Assembly: GCA_017481235.1 (NCBI GenBank)
Contig: JAFUPL010000050.1
Coordinates: 1-54,940, forward strand
DNA: 54,940 nt
Reading direction: 5' to 3'
DNA from: Clostridia bacterium
GTDB lineage: Bacteria; Bacillota; Clostridia; Christensenellales; UBA1242
This document shows positions 20,167 to 29,338 of the stretch, one piece after another. The notes under the pieces were generated by a model. It ran no database searches, was not told where the DNA came from, and saw nothing but the letters and a program-made list of their open reading frames with translations. Numbering within the stretch: the first letter of the stretch is position 1; every line of letters begins with the position of its first letter. A program made the position numbers and the translations under genes.

Positions 20167-20964
20167 CTAGTTCGTTTGAACCAGTATTTGATTATTAATT
20201 CTATTGTAAAAATCTTTAATTACTTTTTTAAATTCACTAGGTAATTTTGCTAATGCTTTATTTTTTAATTCCTTATCAATTCCAAACATGGCTTCTGCCA
20301 TACTTCCAACAATGCAGGCATTTGTATCTGTATCTCCACCAAAAGATATTGCAATACGTATACTTTCTTCAAAACTATTTGAATTAAATAGAGAATATAA
20401 GCATAAGTCAATTGTCTCCGCACAAGTGTAATTAAATTTTTCAATATTAGGTTTTGTAATTTTTAAATTTAATTTATTTATTATTTCTTGTTTGGATAAT
20501 CCTTGCCTTGCATAAAAAATTATCAATGCCACAGTTTTAGCGCAGTTTATTGCTTCATCGCTATTATGTGATGGAATTGTTGCAAGATAAGAATTTTTAA
20601 CAACATCTTTTTCAGTATTAAATAAAAATCCAACAGGTGAAATTCTCATCATTGCGCCATTGCCAGCACTTTCTCCTTGGTAATCAGACTTTGCCCACTT
20701 AACAAAATTTGGAGAAAACATTGTTTTAAAGTATGGAATATGATTTGGAATATAGGTGCTATAAATAATAGCATACTCTTTTAATTTATTTTCATAATTC
20801 ACATTATTTAATATTGCATCTGCAATAGCCATAGTTAAAATGGTGTCATCACTAAAAAATGAATTGTCTTCTATAATACTATTAATTTTTATAGGACGAC
20901 AATTTTTAATTTGTTCATATTCATATATTGACCCAGCCAAATCGCCAATTATAGCACCTAACAT
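20167..20964 (-). CDS. ADP-ribosylglycohydrolase (DraG/ARH family)
   Basis: MLGAIIGD, FSDDT, GNGAMMRISP, GGDTDT motifs. Confidence 0.92.
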   Translation of the reverse strand: MLGAIIGDLAGSIYEYEQIKNCRPIKINSIIEDNSFFSDDTILTMAIADAILNNVNYENKLKEYAIIYSTYIPNHIPYFKTMFSPNFVKWAKSDYQGESAGNGAMMRISPVGFLFNTEKDVVKNSYLATIPSHNSDEAINCAKTVALIIFYARQGLSKQEIINKLNLKITKPNIEKFNYTCAETIDLCLYSLFNSNSFEESIRIAISFGGDTDTNACIVGSMAEAMFGIDKELKNKALAKLPSEFKKVIKDFYNRINNQILVQTN

Positions 20965-21062
20965 AAATTTACCTCTAATTCATTATATCATATTTTTATG
21001 CAAACTCCAAAGCAATCCAATAAATAAAAAAGTACGAATTTGTGATTCGTACAATTCACTAA

Positions 21063-21150
21063 TGGCGCAAAGAGAGGGATTCGAACCCTCGGAAGCGTGA
21101 ACTTCACACGATTTCCAATCGTGCTCTTTCGACCACTCAGACATCTCTGC
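21063..21150 (-). tRNA. tRNA-Ser(GGA)
   Basis: GCAGAGA/TCTTTGC acceptor stem, anticodon arm CACGA-TTGGAAA-TCGTG, long variable arm, GGTTCGAATCC, encoded CCA. Confidence 0.95.
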
Positions 21151-21376
21151 TCGTCACAGTATTTGTTTGTCTTGCCTACACTCGAAAACCTAGTGCATTC
21201 ACGTGACACAAGATTGTTACTCTTCCCTTTCAAAGCATTTGCTTTGTATGGTTTTAATTAATGAACAAATCTAAAATATCAAAAATATTTAGTAACTAAA
21301 TAAATAAGCAAAAAAGAACTACTGCTATTGCAAAAATTATTAACCATTTAAATAATCTAAATATTTTCATAACTAA

Positions 21377-21405
21377 ATACTACCATACTTTACAAATAAT
21401 TGCAA
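21377..21405 (-). promoter_or_regulatory. Putative sigma-A promoter for tRNA-Ser with a long leader
   Basis: TTGCAA-17nt-TAGTAT with an extended TG. Confidence 0.45.
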
Positions 21406-21423
21406 CTAATATATAAAATTTTA

Positions 21424-21930
21424 CTAAATAAATCTACATAGGAAACACGCTAAAAAAGCACCTATTACATTACAAAATAATGCCAGCGGTATTGCAAAAA
21501 GAGTCTTTTTTACTTTTGTTGCCGCAAAATATATACTTGATACATAAAAAAGTGTATCACTACTTCCCATTATTACACTTGCGCATTTACCAACATAACT
21601 ATCAGGTCCATACATTGTAAAAATATCCTTAAGTAACACATACGCCGCATTACTACTAAAGGGGCGAATAATTGTAAGTTCAGTAACCTCGCTAGGGATA
21701 CCTAACAAATTAAATAGTGGTGAAAGTAATTTACATAGCACATCACTTAAACCGCTTGTCCTAAACAGTTCAATTGCAATAAACATTGCAATAATATATG
21801 GAAGAAGTGAAACTATCAAAGGAATTGACTCCTTTGCCCCTTTTACAAAACTAGCATACGCATCAACCTTTTTTATAAGCGCATACATTAATACGCATGC
21901 TATTAAGGTTGGAAGTAGTATATCCGCCAT
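21424..21930 (-). CDS. spmB: Spore maturation protein B
   Basis: YASFVKGAKE, RPFSS, YGPDSYVG, MGSSDT motifs; follows spmA. Confidence 0.88.
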   Translation of the reverse strand: MADILLPTLIACVLMYALIKKVDAYASFVKGAKESIPLIVSLLPYIIAMFIAIELFRTSGLSDVLCKLLSPLFNLLGIPSEVTELTIIRPFSSNAAYVLLKDIFTMYGPDSYVGKCASVIMGSSDTLFYVSSIYFAATKVKKTLFAIPLALFCNVIGAFLACFLCRFI

Positions 21931-21946
21931 CTACACCTCGACATAT

Positions 21947-22564
21947 TTAAATATTGCTATCCTTTGTAAATGTATTTTGATTATTTTTTATTTTATTAAC
22001 TTTAGAAATTTTATTTTTGCGATATAATAACTTAACTAGCACTATTCCTATAATTGTTGGAACAAAGGTTGACACTATTGTTGGCCAAATAATTACGGAC
22101 GGAGCAACGCTTCCCGCCAATGCTCTTAAACCAATAACCGTCGTAGGCAACACTTGAATTCCTGTAGAGTTTATCAACACCAACATTATCATAGATTTTG
22201 TAGCAATTTCACTGCCCTTGTCCATTCCTTGCATTGCCTTAATTCCAAAAGGAGTTGCCGCACTACCCAATCCTAATATATTTGAAGACACATTTAAACA
22301 TATATTCTTTTCAGTTTCTGGGTCAGTTGTTCCAAAAATAAATCTAATAGGTTTTTTTAACATAACCGATAACTTATGACTTAATTTCGTATCATCTAAC
22401 ACTTGCAAAATACCTAACCATATGGCATATATACCTAAAAATTCGATGCACATTTGCACCCCGTTGGCACTTGCACCCATCATAACTGTAAGTGCTTGCT
22501 CAGGCGCAGTTGCAACCAACACAAACAAACTAGACACAATCATAAACAGCCAAATTTTACTCAT
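21947..22564 (-). CDS. spmA: Spore maturation protein A
   Basis: IWLFMI, IWLGIL, NILGLGSAATPFGIKAM, PTTVIGLR motifs. Confidence 0.9.
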   Translation of the reverse strand: MSKIWLFMIVSSLFVLVATAPEQALTVMMGASANGVQMCIEFLGIYAIWLGILQVLDDTKLSHKLSVMLKKPIRFIFGTTDPETEKNICLNVSSNILGLGSAATPFGIKAMQGMDKGSEIATKSMIMLVLINSTGIQVLPTTVIGLRALAGSVAPSVIIWPTIVSTFVPTIIGIVLVKLLYRKNKISKVNKIKNNQNTFTKDSNI

Positions 22565-22569
22565 ACCTA

Positions 22570-22598
22570 AATTTATGTTAATGATTGGACAATTATGA
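22570..22598 (-). promoter_or_regulatory. Sigma-E promoter of spmAB
   Basis: TCATAAT-14nt-CATAAATT matches the sigE consensus; spmAB is sigE-dependent in B. subtilis. Confidence 0.7.
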
Positions 22599-22688
22599 TT
22601 ATTAAAATAAAGAAGACACTACACTTATGAAAATATTGAGTAAGGGTTTTCATTTGTCATACCAACCCCAAAAAACAATCACACTCTC

Positions 22689-22729
22689 TTTTGTCATACC
22701 GATTGAGTGTAGCAAATGGAGTGTATCTG
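22689..22729. repeat. Partial copy of the GTCATACCG REP-like element
   Basis: TTTTGTCATACCGA..TGAGTGTA..AAATGGAGTGTATCTG matches the left arm of 46091-46240. Confidence 0.65.
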
Positions 22730-22870
22730 ACTAACGTTCAATTAATGTTTAAGTTTATCAAGTAAGCAGTCATCAACTTGCTGACTGGGTTTATCGTTAT
22801 TAAAATACAGTTTTAAATTTGCAAGCGTCTTTTCAATATTAGTTAATACGTATATTGCTCGTTTTTCTTT

Positions 22871-23011
22871 TGCAGTAAATTATTAGGTGTAGCCCCTATG
22901 ACTATTTGTAGATGGGAAAATGGTGTACATGATATTAAGTCTAACGATTTAATTAAAGTTGCTTTATTTTTTGGCGTGTCAACCGATTATTTGGTAGGTC
23001 TAGAGGATTAA
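22871..23011 (+). pseudogene. 5'-truncated small XRE-family HTH gene
   Basis: Translates KLLGVAPMTICRWENGVHDIKSNDLIKVALFFGVSTDYLVGLED*; in-frame stop upstream, first HTH helices and start missing; similar to 45723..45920. Confidence 0.7.
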
Positions 23012-23084
23012 ATTTTATTAAAATGCATTAAATTAATTTTTTTACAAATAATACTTTTGAACCTGTTTAGGTTTAGGAGGATTT

Positions 23085-23258
23085 ATGTTCGGTCGTAACA
23101 AAAAAGAGAGAAATGCTCAAAATGCACAAAATGCAAGCAATTGTTCAAATGCTCAAAACAATAGTGCTAGAAATTCTAGTGCTAAAAATTGTTCAAATGC
23201 TCAAAATGCAAGAAATGCATCTAACAGCACTCGTAACACAACTAGAAATTGTAACTAA
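23085..23258 (+). CDS. 57-aa Asn/Ala/Ser-rich repeat peptide, possible small spore protein
   Basis: AGGAGG RBS; MFGRNKKERNAQNAQNASNCSNAQNNSARNSSAKNCSNAQNARNASNSTRNTTRNCN*; followed by a terminator. Below the ORF-track cutoff. Confidence 0.75.
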   Translation: MFGRNKKERNAQNAQNASNCSNAQNNSARNSSAKNCSNAQNARNASNSTRNTTRNCN

Positions 23259-23275
23259 TTCCTAGGACGAACACG

Positions 23276-23307
23276 AAAAAAAAGGTCTAAATCATTAGAC
23301 CTTTTTT
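23276..23307. terminator. Bidirectional intrinsic terminator
   Basis: AAAAAAAAGGTCTAA-ATCA-TTAGACCTTTTTT between convergent genes. Confidence 0.8.
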
Positions 23308-23330
23308 AATTATTAATTATAAATATAATA

Positions 23331-23561
23331 TTATTTTGACAAAGTTGGTTCATTTGCAAGTTCAATTTCTTCTTTAATAAAATCAACTACTGCAATTTTG
23401 TGATTACAATTAGAACAACGATAACAATCATTCCATGATTCGTAATTCATAATTTCACCATCTTCAGGACATGTGATTTGATTTGGAATTTCATATTGAA
23501 CTGGGATTAATTTAGTTATTCTACCAATCTTTTGCTTTTTAGTTAGTGTTATAACAGCCAT
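23331..23561 (-). CDS. Small zinc-ribbon-like protein
   Basis: CPEDG...CYRCSNC; AAGGAGG RBS and TTGAAA...TATAAT promoter upstream. Confidence 0.65.
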   Translation of the reverse strand: MAVITLTKKQKIGRITKLIPVQYEIPNQITCPEDGEIMNYESWNDCYRCSNCNHKIAVVDFIKEEIELANEPTLSK

Positions 23562-23759
23562 TTTATCTCCTCCTTACATTACTTGCATTATAGCACACAA
23601 GTTTATAGTTTTCAATACCTTTTTCAAAATTTGTCGAAAAATTTTAAAATACTTTGTACAAATATTGAAGTATGTATCAATTTAAAGATATAAAAATACT
23701 AGATTTTAATTAAAAATAAGATAAATTTAAAAAAAATTTGAAAAAGTTTTAAATTTCTC

Positions 23760-23788
23760 TTGCATTTTTTCATATATTATATTATAAT
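23760..23788 (+). promoter_or_regulatory. Sigma-A promoter of tRNA-Cys/tRNA-Leu
   Basis: TTGCAT-17nt-TATAAT with an AT-rich UP region. Confidence 0.7.
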
Positions 23789-23803
23789 AGTCATGTTGAT
23801 TGT

Positions 23804-23877
23804 GGCACCATCGCCAAGTGGTAAGGCCAAGGTCTGCAAAACCTTTATCATCAGTTCGAGTCTGATTGGTGCCTCCA
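23804..23877 (+). tRNA. tRNA-Cys(GCA)
   Basis: GGCACCA/TGGTGCC stem, anticodon arm AAGGT-CTGCAAA-ACCTT, TTCGAG loop, U discriminator, CCA. Confidence 0.95.
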
Positions 23878-23942
23878 ATTTACTTTTCTTTGAGGGTTAA
23901 TCCCCTCTTTGAAAATATTAATACATAGGACAACCTTAATAT

Positions 23943-24030
23943 GCCGATGTGGCGAAATGGCAGACGCAAGGGACTTAAAATCCCTCGGGGGGAAACTCCC
24001 GTGCCGGTTCGAGTCCGGCCATCGGCACCA
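23943..24030 (+). tRNA. tRNA-Leu(TAA)
   Basis: GCCGATG/CATCGGC stem, anticodon arm AGGGA-CTTAAAA-TCCCT, long variable arm, CCA. Confidence 0.95.
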
Positions 24031-24081
24031 AGAACACCTTTATGGTGTTTTTTTGTTTATGTCTACGTAGAAAAAGAGGGG

Positions 24082-24570
24082 TTAACCCCTCTTTTTTGCT
24101 ATTGCTGATGAAATTATTACCTTTAAAATCGATAATTCGCTTGAAGAAATAGTATCTTTTTTTATAGGGTAAGCCATTTGTCTATTTGGATACAAGAAGA
24201 TATAATTAGTTGTTTCTTTTATTTTTATAATATCTTTATAATAAACTTTACTAGAACTTATTTGTTCATTATTTTTAATTGCGTCAACTATCATAAATTC
24301 TTCATCAAACTCACATTCACAAATAATTTTAGTTTCGTCAGCCTTTTTGATTGCTTTGTTTATTGTCAATAATAAAACTAACCCAACCCCAAACAAAACG
24401 GCAAATATCCATAACAAAACCTCTAATATAAACATTTCCTTAAAAGTGGAAATAATAATATACGCTATTAGTCCAATTAATCCCACAATAATTGATATAA
24501 TGCAATTTCTCTTAGATGTCATACTTAATTCTGCTTGCACTTGTTTGTTAATTTCACATCGACACTTCAT
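24082..24570 (-). CDS. YcxB-like membrane protein
   Basis: Two N-terminal TMs; C-terminal YKDIIKIKETTNYIFLY...AYPIKK motif typical of YcxB. Confidence 0.75.
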   Translation of the reverse strand: MKCRCEINKQVQAELSMTSKRNCIISIIVGLIGLIAYIIISTFKEMFILEVLLWIFAVLFGVGLVLLLTINKAIKKADETKIICECEFDEEFMIVDAIKNNEQISSSKVYYKDIIKIKETTNYIFLYPNRQMAYPIKKDTISSSELSILKVIISSAIAKKRG

Positions 24571-24590
24571 AATTATACTCTCCTTAATAA

Positions 24591-26054
24591 TTATAATAAT
24601 TCCAAAATAATGCGGTTAGACACATAAAAATGTTGTGGCGCAATTTTTAGGAAACCATCTTCAATATATACATATCCGCCTTTAATAAGTGTTTGAATTT
24701 GATTTGCACGAGATTTTAGTAGGTCTTCGTTAAAACGTTTTCTAAACTTTTTCAAATTTAATCCAGTTGCAAGACGAAGCGATAACATAATATACTCAGT
24801 TCTGCGTTCGCTATCACGAATAAACTCCTTATCAATCACTGGCAACTCGTTATTGTTTATTTTTTCAATATACTCATCTAGGCGTGGAGTGTTGTTAAAT
24901 CTATAACCTTCCAAGAAACTATGTGCCGACACACCAAGTCCTAAATAATCTACATCTTTCCAGTATTTAAAATTATGTCTACTTTCATAAGTTGGAATGG
25001 CAAAATTGGATACTTCATAACGCACAAAACCCGCTTGCTTTAGCATTTTGTTAACTAATTCGTACATCTTAATACAAGCATTATCACCAAGAGGTTTTAT
25101 AATGCCCATTTTAATGTTTTTATATAATTGTGTGTTTTCCTCTACTTGTAACGTATATACAGATATATGCTTAACATTTCTTTCAATAAGATATTCTATA
25201 GTATCTCTTACCGCATCTAATGATTGACGAGGAAGTCCAATCATTACATCTGCGCTAATGTTAATAAATCCCATTTTGTGAAGTAAATTAAAAGTATTAT
25301 CTATATTATCAATAGTTTGAAACCTTCCAACGTTTGCCAAAATTTTACTATCAATACATTGCACACCAACGCTTACACGATTAACACCCGCGCGCAAATA
25401 TTCCATCAATTTACTCGATGTAACCGAATTAGGATTTACCTCAATTGTAAATTCTATATCACCCTCAAAGTGGAAAGTTGAATAAATTTTACGCGACAAT
25501 TCATATATAAATCCTTCATACATAACCGAAGGTGTTCCGCCACCAATATATATGCTATTAAACACCATTTTAGCACATTGTTTGCGGTACATATCAATTT
25601 CCTTAAATAACGCTTCCTTAAATTCTTTTTGAGCATCTAATCCCATTGAATATGACACAAAGTCGCAATAATCACATTTACGGTCACAAAAAGGAATATG
25701 AATGTACAAACCCAACTTGTCATCACGCATATTTTGTTGAACAATACGCACTTCCCACTCTTTACATTTTTGTTCGCGATATCGAATTTTGTCAAACTTT
25801 TTAATCTTTTTATTTGACCATAGTGCACGCTTTTTAGGTTTTTGATTTTGCTCTAGTTCTTCCTTACGCTTACGCTCAAGTTCTTCAAGACGACGTTCTA
25901 TTTTTTGGTCAACAGTTTCCTCTATCTCTTCTTGCTCCACCAATTCATCTTTCCAAGTAACTTTGCTTTCAGTTTCTTGTACTGATTCTCCAATATCTGC
26001 AAATTTTTCGTCAATTGGTTGAGTATTATTTAGTTCCAAATCCTTTTCTTCCAT
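24591..26054 (-). CDS. hemW: Radical SAM heme chaperone HemW with N-terminal extension
   Basis: YIHIPFCDRKCDYCDF, GGGTPS and the HNFKYW HemW signature; lepA-hemW synteny. Confidence 0.88.
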   Translation of the reverse strand: MEEKDLELNNTQPIDEKFADIGESVQETESKVTWKDELVEQEEIEETVDQKIERRLEELERKRKEELEQNQKPKKRALWSNKKIKKFDKIRYREQKCKEWEVRIVQQNMRDDKLGLYIHIPFCDRKCDYCDFVSYSMGLDAQKEFKEALFKEIDMYRKQCAKMVFNSIYIGGGTPSVMYEGFIYELSRKIYSTFHFEGDIEFTIEVNPNSVTSSKLMEYLRAGVNRVSVGVQCIDSKILANVGRFQTIDNIDNTFNLLHKMGFINISADVMIGLPRQSLDAVRDTIEYLIERNVKHISVYTLQVEENTQLYKNIKMGIIKPLGDNACIKMYELVNKMLKQAGFVRYEVSNFAIPTYESRHNFKYWKDVDYLGLGVSAHSFLEGYRFNNTPRLDEYIEKINNNELPVIDKEFIRDSERRTEYIMLSLRLATGLNLKKFRKRFNEDLLKSRANQIQTLIKGGYVYIEDGFLKIAPQHFYVSNRIILELL

Positions 26055-26063
26055 ATTTCCCCC

Positions 26064-27863
26064 TTAATCATCAATTTTTAATATTGATATAAATGCCTCA
26101 CTAGGAAGTTCTACACTACCTAATTTACGCATACGTTTTTTGCCTTCTTTTTGCTTTTCAAGTAGTTTACGTTTACGGGTAACATCACCGCCGTAACATT
26201 TAGCAAGCACGTCTTTACGTACCGCACTAATAGTTTCACGAGCAATTACTTTACCGCCAATAACTGCTTGAATAGGTATTTCAAATAAGTGACGTGGAAT
26301 AACTTCCTTTAACTTTTCACATAATGACCTACCACGACCATACGCCTTAGACCTATGCACTATAATTGACAATGCGTCACATATATCGCCATTTAATAAT
26401 ATGTCCATTTTAACAAGGTCACTTTCTTTGTAACCGCATAATTCATAATCCATACTAGCATAACCCTTTGACAAACTCTTAATTTTGTCAAAAAAGTCAT
26501 ACACAATTTCATTAAGTGGCATTATATAACTTAATTTTGTGCGATTAGCGTCCAGATATTGCATGTTTTTGTATTCACCGCGACGGTCACTACACAAATC
26601 CATAATATTACCCATATATTCAGGTGGAGTAATAATTTCCATCTTAACCATAGGTTCTTCCATGCTTTCAATTGATTGAACGCTAGGCATAAAACTAGGA
26701 TTTGATATCAAATATGCTTCCTTATTAACTTCCTTGATTTTATACTCAACACTAGGTGCAGTGGTAATCAAATCTAAATTAAACTCACGTTCTAGTCGCT
26801 CGTTGATAATCTCCATGTGAAGCAAACCTAAAAATCCACATCTAAAACCATGACCAAGCGCCGTACTGGTTTCCTTTTCAAAATGAAGTGACGCGTCATT
26901 TAATTGCAATTTTTCAAGTGCTTCTTTCAACTCTTCATACTTGCTACCATCAAGTGGAAATATACCGCTAAACACCATAGGTACCGCCACCTTAAATCCA
27001 TCAAGTGGCATAGGTGTAGGATTTTCAAGCAATGTAATTGTATCACCTACTTTGGTGTCGCTAACGTTTTTGATACTAGCGCAAATATAACCAACATCAC
27101 CCGCGCGCAAAATCTCGCATTCAACGTTTTTAGGTGCAAATATTCCAACTTCGGTAACCTCAAAACTTTTGCCAGTTTGCATAAATTTAATAATATCGCC
27201 TGCCTTAACTTTTCCATCTACAATGCGCACCATACTAACCGCACCCTTGTAACTATCATAGTAACTGTCAAATATAAGTGCCTTAAGTGGTGCATTAATG
27301 TCACCATGTGGTGGTGGCACATTTTCAACCACTCGTTGCAACGCTTCCTCAATATTAAGTCCTGTTTTAGCCGAAATACGTGGGGCGTCCTCCGCTGGTA
27401 TTCCTATAATATCCTCAATTTCCTTAATAACCTTTTCACAGTCCGCACTAGGCAAGTCTACTTTGTTTAAAACTGGAATAATCTCCAACTTTGCATCAAA
27501 TGCAAGATAAACGTTGGCAAGGGTTTGCGCTTGCACACCTTGTGAAGCATCTACAACCAAAATTGCACCCTCGCATGCCATAAGCGAACGCGAAACTTCG
27601 TAAGAAAAGTCTACGTGTCCAGGGGTGTCAATCAAGTTAAGCGTATATTCTTCACCTTTATAGTTGTATTTCATAGTAGTAGGTGTAAGTTTAATAGTAA
27701 TACCACGCTCGCGTTCAATGTCCATACTATCAAGCAGTTGCGCACTCATATCACGCTTGGCAACTGTATTAGTAAGTTCAATAAATCTATCCGCCAATGT
27801 GCTTTTCCCATGGTCAATATGTGCCACTATACAAAAATTTCTAATTCTATCCTGTCTGTCCAT
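26064..27863 (-). CDS. lepA: Elongation factor 4 (LepA)
   Basis: [52 protein letters not shown]; start re-called at ATG 27863. Confidence 0.97.
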   Translation of the reverse strand: MDRQDRIRNFCIVAHIDHGKSTLADRFIELTNTVAKRDMSAQLLDSMDIERERGITIKLTPTTMKYNYKGEEYTLNLIDTPGHVDFSYEVSRSLMACEGAILVVDASQGVQAQTLANVYLAFDAKLEIIPVLNKVDLPSADCEKVIKEIEDIIGIPAEDAPRISAKTGLNIEEALQRVVENVPPPHGDINAPLKALIFDSYYDSYKGAVSMVRIVDGKVKAGDIIKFMQTGKSFEVTEVGIFAPKNVECEILRAGDVGYICASIKNVSDTKVGDTITLLENPTPMPLDGFKVAVPMVFSGIFPLDGSKYEELKEALEKLQLNDASLHFEKETSTALGHGFRCGFLGLLHMEIINERLEREFNLDLITTAPSVEYKIKEVNKEAYLISNPSFMPSVQSIESMEEPMVKMEIITPPEYMGNIMDLCSDRRGEYKNMQYLDANRTKLSYIMPLNEIVYDFFDKIKSLSKGYASMDYELCGYKESDLVKMDILLNGDICDALSIIVHRSKAYGRGRSLCEKLKEVIPRHLFEIPIQAVIGGKVIARETISAVRKDVLAKCYGGDVTRKRKLLEKQKEGKKRMRKLGSVELPSEAFISILKIDD

Positions 27864-28007
27864 AAATTTCCTTTGTTTACTATCCTTCATTTTAGTATAC
27901 CAAATTTTTTACAAACTTAAAAGTGTTTTGACCTATATTTTAATATTTTTATTTGTACAAGCAACAAAATTTACTGTTTTTCATATATTTACAGCAAGTG
28001 AGGTTGT

Positions 28008-28712
28008 ATGATATTTGAAAGCATTGGTGCTTTTTTAACACGTCTTACATTTTTCTATGCCTATGTTGACAATCATTCATCTTTCCCTAAACCGCTTAAT
28101 AAAGATGAAGAAAATATGTTGGTAGAAAAGATGAATAACGGTGACCACGAGGCAAAAATACGACTTATAGAACACAATATGCGACTGGTTGCACATATTG
28201 TAAAAAAATACTCCTCTACCGCTGAAGCAGACGACTTGATTTCGGCGGGGTCTATAGGATTAATTAAAGCACTTAACTCATACAATCTTGATAAAGGCGC
28301 ATCTCTTTCCACCTATTCGGCGCGTTGTATTGAAAATGAGATACTAATGCTACTTAGATCAAACAAAAAGCATATTGCTGTTGATAGTTTAGATGAAGCG
28401 CTGGGAAGTGACACTGATGATAATGATATTTCCCTTATGGACACAATTCCTGAAAAAGACGAAGAAGATGTGTTTTTAAAAGTAAACAATTCCATGCTGA
28501 TGGAAACCATTGATAAAATTATGAAACAAAAGTTGTCTAAGCGTGAATACTTTGTAGTTAAATATCGTTATGGTTTAAACAATTCGCCCGCCTACACGCA
28601 ACGTGAAGTTGCTGATATGCTTGATATTAGTAGAAGTTACATATCACGTATTGAAAAAAAAGCCCTAAGTATTCTAAGGACTTATCTTGATAAAGATGTG
28701 TTTTTAGAGTAA
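28008..28712 (+). CDS. sigK: Pro-sigma-K sporulation sigma factor, uninterrupted
   Basis: Hydrophobic pro-sequence, FPKPL, HNMRLVAHIVKKY, YSARCIENEILM, TQREVA..ISRSYISRIEKKAL. Confidence 0.9.
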   Translation: MIFESIGAFLTRLTFFYAYVDNHSSFPKPLNKDEENMLVEKMNNGDHEAKIRLIEHNMRLVAHIVKKYSSTAEADDLISAGSIGLIKALNSYNLDKGASLSTYSARCIENEILMLLRSNKKHIAVDSLDEALGSDTDDNDISLMDTIPEKDEEDVFLKVNNSMLMETIDKIMKQKLSKREYFVVKYRYGLNNSPAYTQREVADMLDISRSYISRIEKKALSILRTYLDKDVFLE

Positions 28713-28721
28713 CTCAAACTT

Positions 28722-28799
28722 GGCGGTTGCCGTTGTGCAATAGCACAACAAAAAAGGCAGTCGCCTTTTTTACAAAACTTTGTTTTGTTAGCAACCGCC
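28722..28799. repeat. Structured four-way-junction repeat, copy 1
   Basis: GGCGGTTGC/GCAACCGCC closing stem encloses three hairpins; directly repeated at 29422. Confidence 0.85.
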
Positions 28800-28807
28800 C
28801 ACTTATT

Positions 28808-29338
28808 TTAAAGACCAAATTTGATTGGTGGACGTGTAGACAATCCTCTTTCCTCTTTAACGTCTGTTAAAGTGCGTTGAATGTCAATAATATCCTCATT
28901 GCTTAACTTATCGGAATTATCAATAATCATTTGTTGAATTAGTGACTTATAGTCATTAGTTTTAATCGCCTTAGCAATGCTTGACGCGTGACGCTTTAAC
29001 GCAATATCTACAAGCATTCCTTGCTCTATATTTAATATTTGACTAGTAATATCTTTAATATTTGACTTAACCCATGGAGTATTATTAAAAATTATAGAGT
29101 ACTTAGCATTGTCCACACCTTGATATAAATTAATATGCCAATGAAGACGAGATTGCTTGTCATTATCAAAATAAGTTTTGGCATTATACAATGTTTGACC
29201 GAACACATTTTCCTCAAAATTAATCACTCCACCTTTACGTATTAAAATATTATAGTGGTTTGAAGTATTAGGCATACGATTGATAGTGATTTTAATTTTC
29301 CCATCATCTAGTTTTTCAATTGATACTAATTTATCCAT
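28808..29338 (-). CDS. Orphan hypothetical protein
   Basis: 176-aa ORF with its own TTGACA-17nt-TATAAT promoter (29391..29363) and AAGGAG RBS. Confidence 0.75.
   Translation of the reverse strand: MDKLVSIEKLDDGKIKITINRMPNTSNHYNILIRKGGVINFEENVFGQTLYNAKTYFDNDKQSRLHWHINLYQGVDNAKYSIIFNNTPWVKSNIKDITSQILNIEQGMLVDIALKRHASSIAKAIKTNDYKSLIQQMIIDNSDKLSNEDIIDIQRTLTDVKEERGLSTRPPIKFGL

Noticed and set aside
20840-21233. ORFs 20840..21100 and 20988..21233
   Set aside because: They overlap tRNA-Ser and the ARH gene; spurious.
21063-24030. Prophage or island integration at the tRNAs
   Set aside because: No integrase and no duplicated tRNA 3' end found in the window.
23085-26054. HemW as a RiPP maturase for the Asn/Cys-rich peptide
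   Set aside because: It carries the HNxxYW HemW signature, sits in the housekeeping lepA operon, lacks SPASM/RRE features and is separated from the peptide by unrelated genes.
26904-27470. 188-aa antisense ORF within lepA and the many other short shadow ORFs
   Set aside because: Antisense or alternate-frame to conserved genes, with no RBS or recognisable motifs.
28008-28712. skin element interrupting sigK
   Set aside because: sigK is one continuous ORF and no recombinase is nearby.
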